A stretch of DNA of 64,000 nucleotides from contig MU054220.1 of assembly GCA_013239625.1 (NCBI GenBank), positions 248,001 to 312,000 on the forward strand. Reading direction: 5' to 3'. This stretch comes from Lama guanicoe (Eukaryota). Made by a program: the position numbers and the translations under genes. The notes beneath the pieces were generated by a model. The model was not told the origin of the DNA. It made no database searches and saw nothing but the letters and a program-made list of their open reading frames with translations. Positions 1 to 11,925 of this stretch are shown here, piece by piece. The first letter of the stretch is position 1. Every line of letters begins with the position of its first letter.

Positions 1-87
1 GAAACATATAGCTGAGAAAAACTCTAGGGGGGAAGTGCTCACAGGTAAACTAGGTAAGTCTACAGAAGAGTATCTGTGATCTTGGGA

Positions 88-290
88 GGTAGCTTAACAT
101 AACAGTTAAGAGCACAGCAGGCATGCGAGAGGTGACTGGGTTCAAATCTTAGCTTTGTTACTTACTGGTTGCATGACCTTGATAAAGTTATTTAATCGCT
201 CTTTGATGGTTAGAAGAATAAACAAATAGATATTTGTAAAATATGTATGTAACTCTTACATAATAAACACTAATGAATATTTATTAAATA
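88..290 (+). mobile_element. MIR SINE remnant
   Basis: MIR core-like sequence ctgggttcaaatcttagct...acttactggttgcatgaccttgataaagttatttaatcgctct. Boundaries are approximate. Confidence 0.7.
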
Positions 291-2953
291 AAATTTATAA
301 AACAAATCAATATATCCTCTTATTTCTTTTTAATTATTTACTCAATAGCTTGAAATACCCAGACAGTTGCCTCAAAAGTCATCTTATCTTTGGCATCATG
401 GGTACTTGATCTATCCTCTTCCAAAGGGAAAAATCATTCTGTGTGTGTGTGCGCGTGCGCGTGCATCCTATGCAAATTAATTGTTTGGAAGCAGTAAATT
501 GTTTACACAGCTGTATAGTGATTGCTTTCCTTTCTCTAGGTTTATGCCTCTTTCTTATGTCTGGGGTATGGATATGAAAATGTCTGATGTGAGGTCACAG
601 GGACATTGTTTTGAAGGACAACTGTATCTCTGCACTTAACTAATGAACTTCTAAACTGAGACTATATGGGAAAAATACAGAGACAGAAAAATCACCAAGG
701 AAAAAAATTATGACAGGTGCCAATGAAAAATTAATTATAGTTGATGGAATGTTCAGCAAGAAGTTAAAGATATGTACTTAAAGATATGTATCGTTGGGAG
801 TGGCTTAAGTGTGTAACACTGTGGTGAGCAATAAGGCAAACGAATAACGGAGGTCTATTCTTCCTGCCGTGCATGGGGACTTGAGAATTTCCCCTCTCCC
901 AATAATACGACCTGCAATCTTCTAGGTGCAAGGAGAAGAGAAGTCAGTCAGACTCATAGAAACTGATGCTGGACTTACTGATGAAGTTTAGCTTACTTAA
1001 TTTAGCTTAATTAATTAAGACTATTGGATTTCCTAAAATTTCCAAATAGGCGTAGTCACCTTTCCCATCATGGAAATAAGGAGCACCATGAATCAGGCAG
1101 TGACTTTTGGAAAGTGCCATGAGTAAGCTAAGGTCAGATTTCTGTTCCATAAACCCCAGTCACTCCTCCAGCTGCCCCGCCACCTCTCCCACACACACAA
1201 ATGTGGAAAAACCCTACAGAGTCAGTAAAGATACATTTTATCTATGGCAACATTATCTTTGCTACATTCACACCAGACATTTTGTTGAGGCTTTGGGGAA
1301 TCAGTCACCTACCTTAGCACCATCTGGAAGTTTGAATTGCAGAATTTATTTTGTGCAAGAAGCTGATAACATTTCTCTCCAGGTTTCATATGTAAGTCTT
1401 ACAAGGGATGAGTATTTATAGTCTGGTCTGTGGCAAGTGGGATCTTATCCCAAGATACTTCCCAGCCCCAGCAGATTTTGGATTGGCAATGATCTTCTTT
1501 CCAGTGGTGTGGCTTGAACGATTTTAATGAAGAAAAATGAAGAAGGAAAATGAACATAATTGACTATTATGTAGGCTGTTTCATCATTGCATGTGTCCTA
1601 CAGTGAAAGATCTAAGATGAAAAACAACAAAATTCCTTGTACTCTACCAGCCAATTAAAGAAAATCTGTAAATTTTATGATCTCTATCAGATACTTAAAG
1701 ATACTTTAAAGCATTTAGTTGTACAAGGGAATTCTGAAGTGCAAGGTCAGCACTACTGAGAGGAATCCCAGGCACCCTAATTTTAACTAGTTTCTCAATT
1801 TTCTGCGGGACTAAAAGGAAATATGCCTCCAGTGATAAGATGTCTTAGTTTTCTTTTGTAATTATATCAGTATTTACAGCAATATTTCTTAATACTTTAA
1901 AACGCAGTTCTAGATTTTAATTTTCTTTAAATTACTGGCAATGGTGTAGAGCCTGTATCTTAAGACTCCTAAGATAGACAGCATGGCGAATGGATAAATA
2001 CAGGATGCCAGGCTTACTGCAAACCATTGGCCTCTTTCCCAGTTCTGGCGGGAAAACTGCAATGAGTTTTGTTCCTGTTAGAAGACTGTCTTATTTAACA
2101 GATGAAAGATTAGTGTCTTTAGAAAGAAGGACCATCTCTCTTCAACTAAAATAGCAATGCGTGTGAAAAACTAGAAGCTGGAAAAATACAGCTTACACAT
2201 TTTTGGAGTGAGAGAAGCTGTCAAAATTATTTTTCTTTCTTTTTTTCTTTTTAATATAATAAACCTACATGTCTGCCAAAAGGAAATAGTAAAAAGAAAA
2301 AATAGGAAAGAATAGTAATTTCTTAATTAATTTAAAAATGTAATTGCCAATTTTTTTCCTTTTTCTTCCTTTTTTTTTTTTTAAAAGGAATGTGTGTGCC
2401 ATTAACACACAAAGATTATCTTTCACTTTAAGGGTTTCAATCATGTTTTACACACAGTGATATTGGCAAAGACAGCAGTAAAACAGCTTTGCTTACTTAA
2501 AGCACAAAATGAGTTTGCTTAAAGATATTGAATAACTCACAGGCTGGATAGAAACCTGGAGAACTCACCAAGAAAACTAGCAGGAAGCAAAGGAAATAAG
2601 ACAAGAGTGAGGAGGACACCACAGGAAGAGTTTGCCTCACCTGTGACAATGACCAGCCACTCGCACTGCCAGGAGTTGGGAATAATCTCTCACTTTTGCT
2701 GCCCTCAAAGTCAGGAACAAAATTTTGGACTAGCTTAGAGTAGTGTGCATGCCCAAGTTTTAGTTTTTAGGGAGATAGAAGAAGAAATATGTTTCCTTAG
2801 CCTCAGTCTTGGGGGCTGAGAAGACCCTGGGACGTCACCCAATTCCGTGGAGCCATGATTGCTAACTTAGAAGGAAGTCTGTACCACATATGAAAGGCTC
2901 TAAAGTGACTGAGCCAAGAGCTACAGAGGACGGATGCAACAACTTCACGAGCA

Positions 2954-3763
2954 TGTCACAGACGGAGCACTGAGCAGTACCAGGAGGTCCAGCTACACGC
3001 CGCCTCCTTGGACTTCCCCTTCCCTGCCCAAACTTCCTATTCCTGAAGTCTCCAAGACTAGTCCTTGACTGGCTCCTGGGGGATCTCCTCTAAAACCCTG
3101 GAATATCCTGTCTGATAAGAACATTTCTGTATCCTGGGGTCCACACCAAATACTTGGTGCCAATGATGTAATTAATGGTGAATGCCTACGGGAGGGTGTG
3201 GCTCAGTGGTAGAGTGAGTATTTAGCATACACGAGGTCCTGGGTTCAATCCCTAGTATCACCATTAAAATAAATAAATAAACCTAATTACCTCAAAAACC
3301 ATGATGACTGTTTTGTTTCTTTGCTTGTTTCGGTTTTGTTTTTGTTTTGTACACCTGGGGCTTTGGGCTACCCTGAAATGTAATCAGCTTTAACTCTGGG
3401 GTGGGGCAGCTTGAGAAAGGATGGTTTTGTGGGCTATCCATGCCTGTGAATGAACCCCTAATAAAACTCTGGACACGGAGACTTGTCTAAGTTCTTCTGG
3501 TTGGCAATATTTCCTAAGAGTTGTGAGACAACACTGCCGGGAGAATTCAATTGTCCCACCAACTGAGTGACTCCACCAGGAGAGGGTGGTGGAAGCTCAT
3601 GCCCGGTCCTCCTTGACGCTGTTCTAGCCACATTTTTCTTTTGCCGATTTCGGTCTGTACCTGTAGCTGTGGTAAACCATGGCCACGTGTGCGATGGCTT
3701 TCCTGAGTTGTGCGAGGCCGTCTAGTGAGTCACTAGGCCTGACGGTCCTGGGCACCTCTGACA
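2954..3763 (+). mobile_element. Old solo LTR (MER21/MER68/MER77-like), interrupted by a SINE
   Basis: Begins TGTCACA and ends TGACA. Internal motifs (ctaaaaccctggaatatcctgtctgataag; ataaaactctggacac; gactccaccaggagagg...ggaagctcatgcccgg) resemble this LTR group. No clear TSD. Confidence 0.6.
3190..3298 (+). mobile_element. tRNA-derived SINE, camelid vic-1-like
   Basis: A box (tggctcagtgg), B box (gggttcaatccc), then attaaaataaataaataaacctaattacctc and an A tail. A related copy lies at 33658-33769. Confidence 0.85.
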
Positions 3764-4024
3764 AAAGTGCTCAATTTGGAAAAAGTTCCCCAAGCATTTT
3801 TCTTTCCTTTTTTTTTTTAACTTAAGATGTTCAACTTTTAATTTTTATATTATACTAAATATGAAATTTTATCTTAAAAATAAAATACGCAAATCTGGAA
3901 ACAAAATAAATGAATACATATAAACTTACCTCCTGAGTTAAATTTAAAAAAAAAAGCTTTTTGAGTATCGCCAAAATCAGTTCTCTGTGATCACGTGGTT
4001 CTTGCTTCCTTGACAATAACAATC

Positions 4025-4800
4025 ACAATATATCACCTCATACCTGTCAGAATGGCTGTCATCAAAAAGACCAGCAAATGTTGAGGAAGTGGAAAAAAAG
4101 GGAACCCTTATACACCGTTGATGTGAATATAAATTGGTGCAGCCTCTATGGAAAACAGTACGGAGTTTCCTCAAAAAACTAAAAAATAGAATTACCCTAT
4201 GATCCAGCAATTCCACTCCTGGGTATATAGCAGAAGAAAACAAAAAACACTGATTCAAAAGGATTCATGCACACCAATATTCATATCAGCTCTATTTACT
4301 GTAGCCAAGATGTGGAAGCAACCCGTGTCCATCAGCAGACAAATGGATGGAGAAGATGTGGTATATACGCAATTGAATACTGCTCAGCATCGACAGGAAT
4401 GAAACGTTGCCATTTGCAACAACATGGATGGACCTGCAGGGTATTATGCTTTGTGAAATAAGTCAGACAGAGGAAGACAAATACTGTATGTTACCACTTA
4501 TATGTGGAACCTAAAAAATAAAACAAATGAATATGACAAAATAGAAACAGAATCTCAGGTACAGAGAACAAACTTTTGGTTACCAATGGGAAGAAGGAAG
4601 GAGGAAGGAGCAAGATAGAGGCAGGGGATTAAAAGGTAGAAACTAAGTGAGCTACAAGGCTACATTGTACAGCACAGGGAATATAGCCAATATTTTATAT
4701 AAAACTTAAGTGGGGTATAATCTATAAAAATTTTGAGTCACTATGTTGCACACCTGAAACTAATGTAATATTGTAAACTAAACACACCTCAAAAATGATA
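4025..4800 (+). mobile_element. 5'-truncated L1 (ORF2 3' end plus 3' UTR)
   Basis: Typical L1 3' sequence: atatcacctcatacctgtcagaatggct...gatccagcaattccactcctgggtata...ttgcaacaacatggatggacct...cacctgaaactaat. Confidence 0.9.
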
Positions 4801-4949
4801 ATAAAGCATTCTTCTGTATTTTTTATGATTCCCTAGCTTTCAATTTTAAAAATAAATTCATCTATATCTTTGAAACTATATTTTACTAATTTGATTTTTA
4901 TTTTTCAATATTATAAATGCAATGTATAGTTAGTCTTCTATATTGCCTG

Positions 4950-6000
4950 TGTTTTTCTTCGATATTATGTTTCTAAAATTTGCCCATGTTCATAGGTATC
5001 CTTGTACTCTAAATTTTGAAATGTTGTAGCATTATTTTCCTTAATGTGTCATAATTGAATTGTGAATTTTATTTTATCAGGACCAGTGCTGATGTGAGTG
5101 TTACTTTAGACGTCACTCATTGCACGTGTGCAAGCGTTTGTCTAGGTCCACCCCTAGATGTGACACTGAATAGATACAGGGTATACATAGGTTCAACTTT
5201 AAAATACAACAAAATGTTTTCTAAATTTCTGTTTCATATTTATATTCTCAAGAACAGGACATCATACTTTAGGTTCTGTATCATTGCTAATGCTTGTTAG
5301 GCATGTAACATATTTTGCCAACATAATGGAGGTGACAAATATTTAAATCTTTAACACATCTGGGATGATTTTTTTGTCCATTGTATTAGGGAGGGAATCT
5401 TTTCTTTTTGAATACAGATAGAACGTTTTCCCCGCTGTTTTTGAAAAAACATGTTCTCCATTTATTTTCAGTGATACCCTAGAATGTATTACATTTTTAT
5501 TTATGTGTAGATGTGTTTCTGGACCGTCTAGTCTGATCAGTAGTCTGTTGGTAAGCTTTCCTTCATATAATGGCAATGAAATCTCCTAGATACTTCTACA
5601 GGAGTGGCTTGATCTTTTTGTTCTGGGTTATTCTGCCAAAATTTTACAACTAGCTTGTCACATTTAGAATATTTTTGAAATTTGGTTGGGAATTGCATTG
5701 TATTTACAGACCAATTTTGCCAAACTTACATCTTTACAATATTGAATCATTCTCATAAACATAGTGTCACTGTTTATACAGTTTACACAAAATCTTTTAA
5801 TGATACTTTATAATTTTCTTGATAAAAGTTTTGAGTAGTTATTATTGGAGCTATTTTCCAGGATCTTGTATAATATAAATGTTATCCTTAAAAAAATTAC
5901 ATTCTAAATATTTTCTGCAGTGATGAGATAATGCATCAGGTCAGATATTGATTCTATATTTAACAACTCACATAAACTATTTTATTAATTTTTATAATTT
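4950..6000 (-). mobile_element. Ancient, highly decayed L1 fragments (antisense)
   Basis: T-rich antisense L1-like motifs, e.g. ttggttgggaattgcattgtatttacagaccaatttt...catctttacaatattgaatc. Boundaries are vague. Confidence 0.55.
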
Positions 6001-8264
6001 GTCATTTTACCCCTTTACATGAGTCTATTCCTTATACACTTAAAAATTTATTTATTTTTTGGAGGGTTCCTTCCTCCGCTGGCTGCACCCACCAGTGAAT
6101 TGTTACCCGGAATTGGCAACATTGGATATCATTTTATTTTACATAATTTTAAAGTGACAATCACTAAACTTCTGTTTATTAGCATTGATGATAAGATGTC
6201 AATTCAGTTGTAAGTACTAATTAAAATTATATTTGAACCTCCAAATGCAATTTAGCTAGCTTGCTGTGCATCATTACTGACATAAAAGAAGATGAGGAAA
6301 AACTCATTTGCAATGGTAAATCTTTTGGAAAAATTTCAAACAAAGTATAAACATTTAACCACTAAATTGCGAAAGAAGATAAGACTTTAAAGGTAACTGT
6401 TCACTCTTTTTGAAAGCATTTTCATTTCACCACCAATTTGGCGTGCTAATGCTGCCACCTTTTGAGACAGACTAACACTAACCATGCAAAGTGAATGCCC
6501 AATGAGTCTCATTAACAATAATCTTTGGTGTATTTTTTAGCTCAAGTTTAAAGAGTACACAGAGCAATTACTGCTGAAGGGATAAGTACTTTAAGCAATG
6601 ATTATCCTGAGAGATAATTAATGAAAAAATGGTAAAGAAATGAGGGCTCATTCCTAACTTTCTTTTTTTCACTTTAGTGTAATAAATCCCTTTGAAAATT
6701 GTGAATTACTACATTTTTGCATTGGGGAAGATACAGGACTCAAACTCAGAACGTTTCCTAACTATGTCATTTCTTATTGAGTCTCAAGAGAAATCAGTAG
6801 CTATCACAGCTATTTAATGAATCAACATATTTTCATTCTTTTCCATTAAAACAAAACATGCATTTTAGCAACAGAAATGAAAAAAGGCCCTGTTTGTCCT
6901 ACATTCTTAAATTACAATTTATTACATATATTTATCTTATTAAATTGAATAGATTTATTAGAGTAAAATATTAGCATCTTTAGATTAATCCTTAGATAAA
7001 GGACATGCATAAAAATATTCACAATCTAAGAAGTGAGGAATCATTAATCTAATCATTTATAAAACTGACTTCAAGATTTTAAAAGTTACATTTTAAAATA
7101 TAACCAAGCCTATTCATTAATTTATTCCTTTACCTACAAATATTTATTGAATGTCTACCACATAACAGACACTGTTCTATTAACCTGACCAATAATTATA
7201 AAGATTTGTGCTCTAAGAATGTTTATTAGAAAATTAGGAAAGAGAAAAATGTAAACGAGTAACTGAAGATGATACATTCTGTTATTAACATGTTTTGTGA
7301 ATACATTTGAGTAGATTTTTGTGATTAAGGATTTCATTCAATTTTTGATGTCAAAATCTTTGAAATCTTTGAAAAATGTTGGATTAGAGAGGATACAACA
7401 TTCTTATTTAATTAAATCAAGATATGTGGAAAATTGAATTGACAAAAAATAGTATTATCATTACCGGATAACTCAATGATTACCAAAGATGGATAGTTCA
7501 TTTAAAGTGAACTTTCAAACTCCTTTTTTGCAGAGTATTTTTTTGGTAATAGATGAGTTACTGACACATGATAATATAGAACTAACTCTGCATCTCATAA
7601 AATGTAATGTCCCTTTGATGAGCACCCGATTTATACATCATCAAAAGATATAATTATCAGAATATGAGAGTTTATCTTTTTTGTGAATTAATATAAAATT
7701 TCTATACTGCCTCATAAGTTAATCAGAGAAAAATAAATATGTATATAAATACACAGAATGAAGATGTGTAAACTTCTTAAGCCATTATTAAGTTAAAGAA
7801 CAAAATAAATCCATTAGGTTTAGCAAGAAGCAAGTCAGTGATGGAACTGAAGAGAAAGTTGTCAGCAGGAAAGACGCTGTACAGAATGTAAGGGGCTCAA
7901 ACTTGGTTACGTCTTTATCCCAAGATATATTTCATGGTCCCTCCCTCCGTGGAAAATGATTCTAAAAAGCTCCATAGTTATCCCTTAAAGTATTAATTTT
8001 TATATAATGAGAATGAATACATTATAAAAGAAATACCAAGAACAGCTGTTATTGTCAAGGCAAACTTCCAGCTGGATTTAAAGCCTGTGTGAGCATTTAG
8101 AAATTTTCCATTACTGTAGCAGCTTCAGCTGTTTTCCATTCTTCCTGTATTTTCACAAGAGGAGTCATTGGTGGTAGGACAGTAATGTTTGCACTTGAGA
8201 ACCTTACACTCTCATTAAGAAAGTGACCCCATATGACGTTCTCCTAAGCCTGACAAAGTCGTAG

Positions 8265-9650
8265 GAATCAACTTATGCACTTATGGTCAAGCTGTGACAA
8301 AGGAGGCAAAAATATACAGTGCAGAAAAGACAATCTTCTCAAAAAGTGGTGCTGGGAAAATTGGACAGCTGCATGTAGAACAGTAAGATCTGAACATTAC
8401 CTCACAAAAATAAACTCAAAACGTATTAAAGACCTAAATGTAAGACCAGAAACCATAAAACTGCTAGAAGAGAACATAAGCAGAACACACTTGGACATTT
8501 TTATAGCAATATATTTTTGGATCTGTCTCTGAAGGCAAAATAAATAAGAGCAAAAATAAATAAATGAGACCTAATTAAACTTCAAAGCTTTCGCACAGCA
8601 AACGAAACCATCAGCAAAACAAAAGACAACCTATGGAATGGGAGGAAATATTTTCAAATGATATGACTGGCAAGATGTTAATGTGCAAAATATATAAATA
8701 CCTCATGCGTCTCAGTATCAAAATAAACAAATAACCCAATCAAAATAAATGGGCAGAAGACCTAAACAGACAGTTTTCCAAAGAAGACACACAGTTGGCT
8801 AACAGGCGCATGAAAATTATTATAGAAATGCAAATCAAAATGACAATTAGATATCACCTCACATCTGTCTGAATGGCTGACAGTAAAAAGTCTTTAAGAA
8901 ACAAAGGTTAGAGAGGACATGGAGAAAAGGGAACCTTCGTACACAGTTGGGGGAAATGTAAATTGGTGCAGCTACTATAGAAAACAGTATAAAAACTAAA
9001 AATAGACTACCGTATGGTCCAGCAATTCATCTCCTGGGAAATACCTGGTAAAAACAAAAACACTAATTCAAAAAGATAAATTACATGCCCACCAATATTC
9101 ATAGCAGCACTATTGACAGTAGCTAAGATATGGAAGCAACCCAAATGCCCATCAATGGATAAAGAAGATGTGATATACACATATGTGTGTGCACACACTG
9201 AAATATTACTCAGCCATAAAAAAGAATTAAATTCTGTCATTTGCAGCAATATGAATGGACCTAGAAACTATTATGCTTAGTGAAATAAGTCAGAGCAAGA
9301 AAGAAAAATACTATATGGTAGATAGCTCTTACATGTGGAATCTAAAAAATAATACAAATGAATGTATACGCAAATCATAAACAGACTCACAGACACAGGA
9401 AGCAAAGCCGTGGTTACCAAAAGGAAGAGGGATATGGGAGGAGGGTGCAGTTAGGGGTATGTGTTTAAGAGTTACAAACTGCCATGTTTAAAATAGATCA
9501 GCAGCAAGGACATATTGTAAAGCACAGGAAATTATAGCCGTTCTTTTGTAATAATTTTTAATGGTGTATAATCTACAGAAATACTGAATCATTATTCTGT
9601 ACCTTTGAAATGAATGCAATACTGTAAATCAACTATACTTCAACTTAAAA
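8265..9650 (+). mobile_element. 5'-truncated L1 (decayed ORF2 C-terminus plus 3' UTR)
   Basis: ORF 8275-8532 reads KWCWENW...[24 protein letters not shown], a hallmark of L1 ORF2p. The element ends aactatacttcaacttaaaaa. Confidence 0.93.
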
Positions 9651-10970
9651 AGTTAGGTTTTCTTAATCCATTGTCTTAATTGCTGAGGTTATAGTGTTTT
9701 TCTAAACAACAGATTTAGTTAGTATCCCTTTCCCATTTATTTCACTTAAGAATAGAGTTGGAATGGAGGTTAAACTTAGCCAGATAAGGGAGGGGTACAC
9801 ACACATGTACGCACACACACACACACACAAAGGGAAGAATAATAATTTTGTTGTGGGCTGTGTAGTCTTTTTGGATAAACTAAAACTTCAAATAAAGAAG
9901 CAATTACATAGCCAATTAATTTTTTTTCACTTTGACAGAAAACTTTAAAGTAACATGGAGGTCAGTAATCAGTTTATGATGAAAGAGCCATGTGATCATA
10001 TTTTATTTCCTTTTGAGACTAGAGTTTCTGCCCTTAGAGGATTGACTCCAGCGTTAAAACCTATAACCTAGTCTCCATGGTGACCTGATCCTCTTTAAGG
10101 AGAAGCCAAATAAAAGGGCAGCAATCTGTATATACTCAAAAGTTGTCTCAAAATTTTACAGGTAATTCCAATTGTCTCTACTTTGCATGTCATTTGAAAA
10201 ATGAAAATTTTTTTCTTTCTGTTTGTAAGCTTCAGGACTTATACAGGACTCTGATAAAAAAGAAAATAATGGACCAGACAAGGAAGACACTGGGAAGGAA
10301 GCTGTAAGTGTCTGGGGCTGTCATTCACAGCCGTGGGCAGGTGCAGTGCCTACTACTGCATGGCACTGATTTGACAGTGCAGTTTGTAATGAGAACAGCG
10401 GTTTGGTTCACTTTTAAAACACTACAGAAGCATTCTTAGATGTCAAAATATTGGTTATTTGAAATGGGCTACTTTTACTGCTTAGAGAACAAAAGAGCAA
10501 ATTCCGAGTGGCAATGCATGGATTTTAGAGTTGAAGAATACACAGAGTGGTCTTGAGGAGAAACAAAATGCATTTGAGTCAAACTCGTACCTGTTCAGAG
10601 AATGGGAGAGACTTCAGCCTGGGTATTTCTATACTTTGCATTTAGGATGTGGGCCAGTAGAGAAAGAATAGCATATATATGTTGCATTTTCAGAAGCTGA
10701 AATGGATTATGTGGACTTGGTGATCTGAGACTCTTACAGCTGAGATTCATTCAATACACTCAATTGTTTAATAAATTCCAATGTTTTCATTTGTCCGTTA
10801 AGTTTCCTCTTATGAAAGTCACTCTGTTTACTATGCTGTATTATCGCAGGGGTTTTATTTTTCCCGTGTGTTACTAACTTCAGTAACATTTCTATTATTT
10901 CCTGGAAACTTTGGGAGTAGGGGGTGATACTGACAGGTAATACAAGTTTAGGCACACTATATCTGTAATA

Positions 10971-11925
10971 ATGGCCAGAAAAAATTACACTTTGCTGACT
11001 GAGTTCATCCTGTTGGGATTAGCAGACACGCCGGAGCTACAGATTCTCCTCTTTCTGCTTTTTGCTGTGATTTACACACTTACAGTTCTGGGGAATGTTG
11101 GGATGATCTTATTAATCAGGATGGAGCCCCGACTTCACACTCCCATGTATTTCTTCCTGGCTCACCTGTCTTTTATGGACGTTTGTTATTCATCCACCAT
11201 CACTCCAAAGATGCTGGCAGATTTATTGTCGGAGAAGAAAACCATCTCCTTTGCTGGCTGCTTCCTGCAGATGTACTTCTTTATAGCCTTTGCCACAGCT
11301 GAATGCATCACTTTTGGGTTAATGGCCTATGACCAGTATGTGGCCATCTGCAACCCTCTGAGTTACTCCTTGATCATGTCCAGGACAGTCTGCCTAAAAA
11401 TGGCAGCTGGATCTTTCACAGCAGGGATGTTGAACTCCATGGTACACAGGTTACATAAGCAGCTTGCCATTCTGTAGGTCCATGGTCATCCATCACTTCT
11501 TCTGTGACAGCCCACCGCTGTTTAAGCTCTCGTGTTCTGACACACAACTGAATGAAAGCATCTCTTCCACTTTAGCTGGTGTGAATATGGTCGGGACTCT
11601 GCTGGTGATCCTCACCTCCTACTGCTGCATCCTCTTCTCCATCTTTCGGATGCATTCTGGGGAGGGGAGGCGCAAAGCCTTCTCCACGTGTGCCTCTCAC
11701 CTGACAGCCATCATTCTGTTCTATTCCACCTCCATCTACACTTACCTGAGACCTAGTTCCAGCTACTCCCTGAGTCAGGACCAAGTGGCTTCCGTGTTCT
11801 ACACGGTGGTCATCCCCATGTTGAACCCTCTAATCTACAGCCTCAGGAATAAGGAAGTGAAGAAGGCTCTATGGAATGCAATTTCTAGGACAAGGATCCC
11901 TTCACGTCTGCGATTGTTGTGTTAA
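10971..11925 (+). pseudogene. OR5F1: Olfactory receptor 5F1-like, frameshifted (2-bp deletion at about 11444-11448) with MAYDRY changed to MAYDQY
   Basis: Overlapping ORFs 10971-11477 and 11464-11925 together give a full OR ([39 protein letters not shown]) resembling human OR5F1. Adding 2 nt restores a 318-aa frame. Confidence 0.88.

Noticed and set aside
1107..1421. 104-aa ORF
   Set aside because: It has a non-ATG start, no motif and no coding-like composition, so it is a chance ORF.
3190..3262. Possible tRNA gene
   Set aside because: Stems are degenerate, it has a SINE-type AT-rich tail, and a second dispersed copy exists, so it is a SINE.
8275..8532. ORFs in L1 regions (also 3977-4461, 9007-9249, 16256-16898, 19973-20395, 51697-51954)
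   Set aside because: They are fragments or antisense frames of dead L1 copies.
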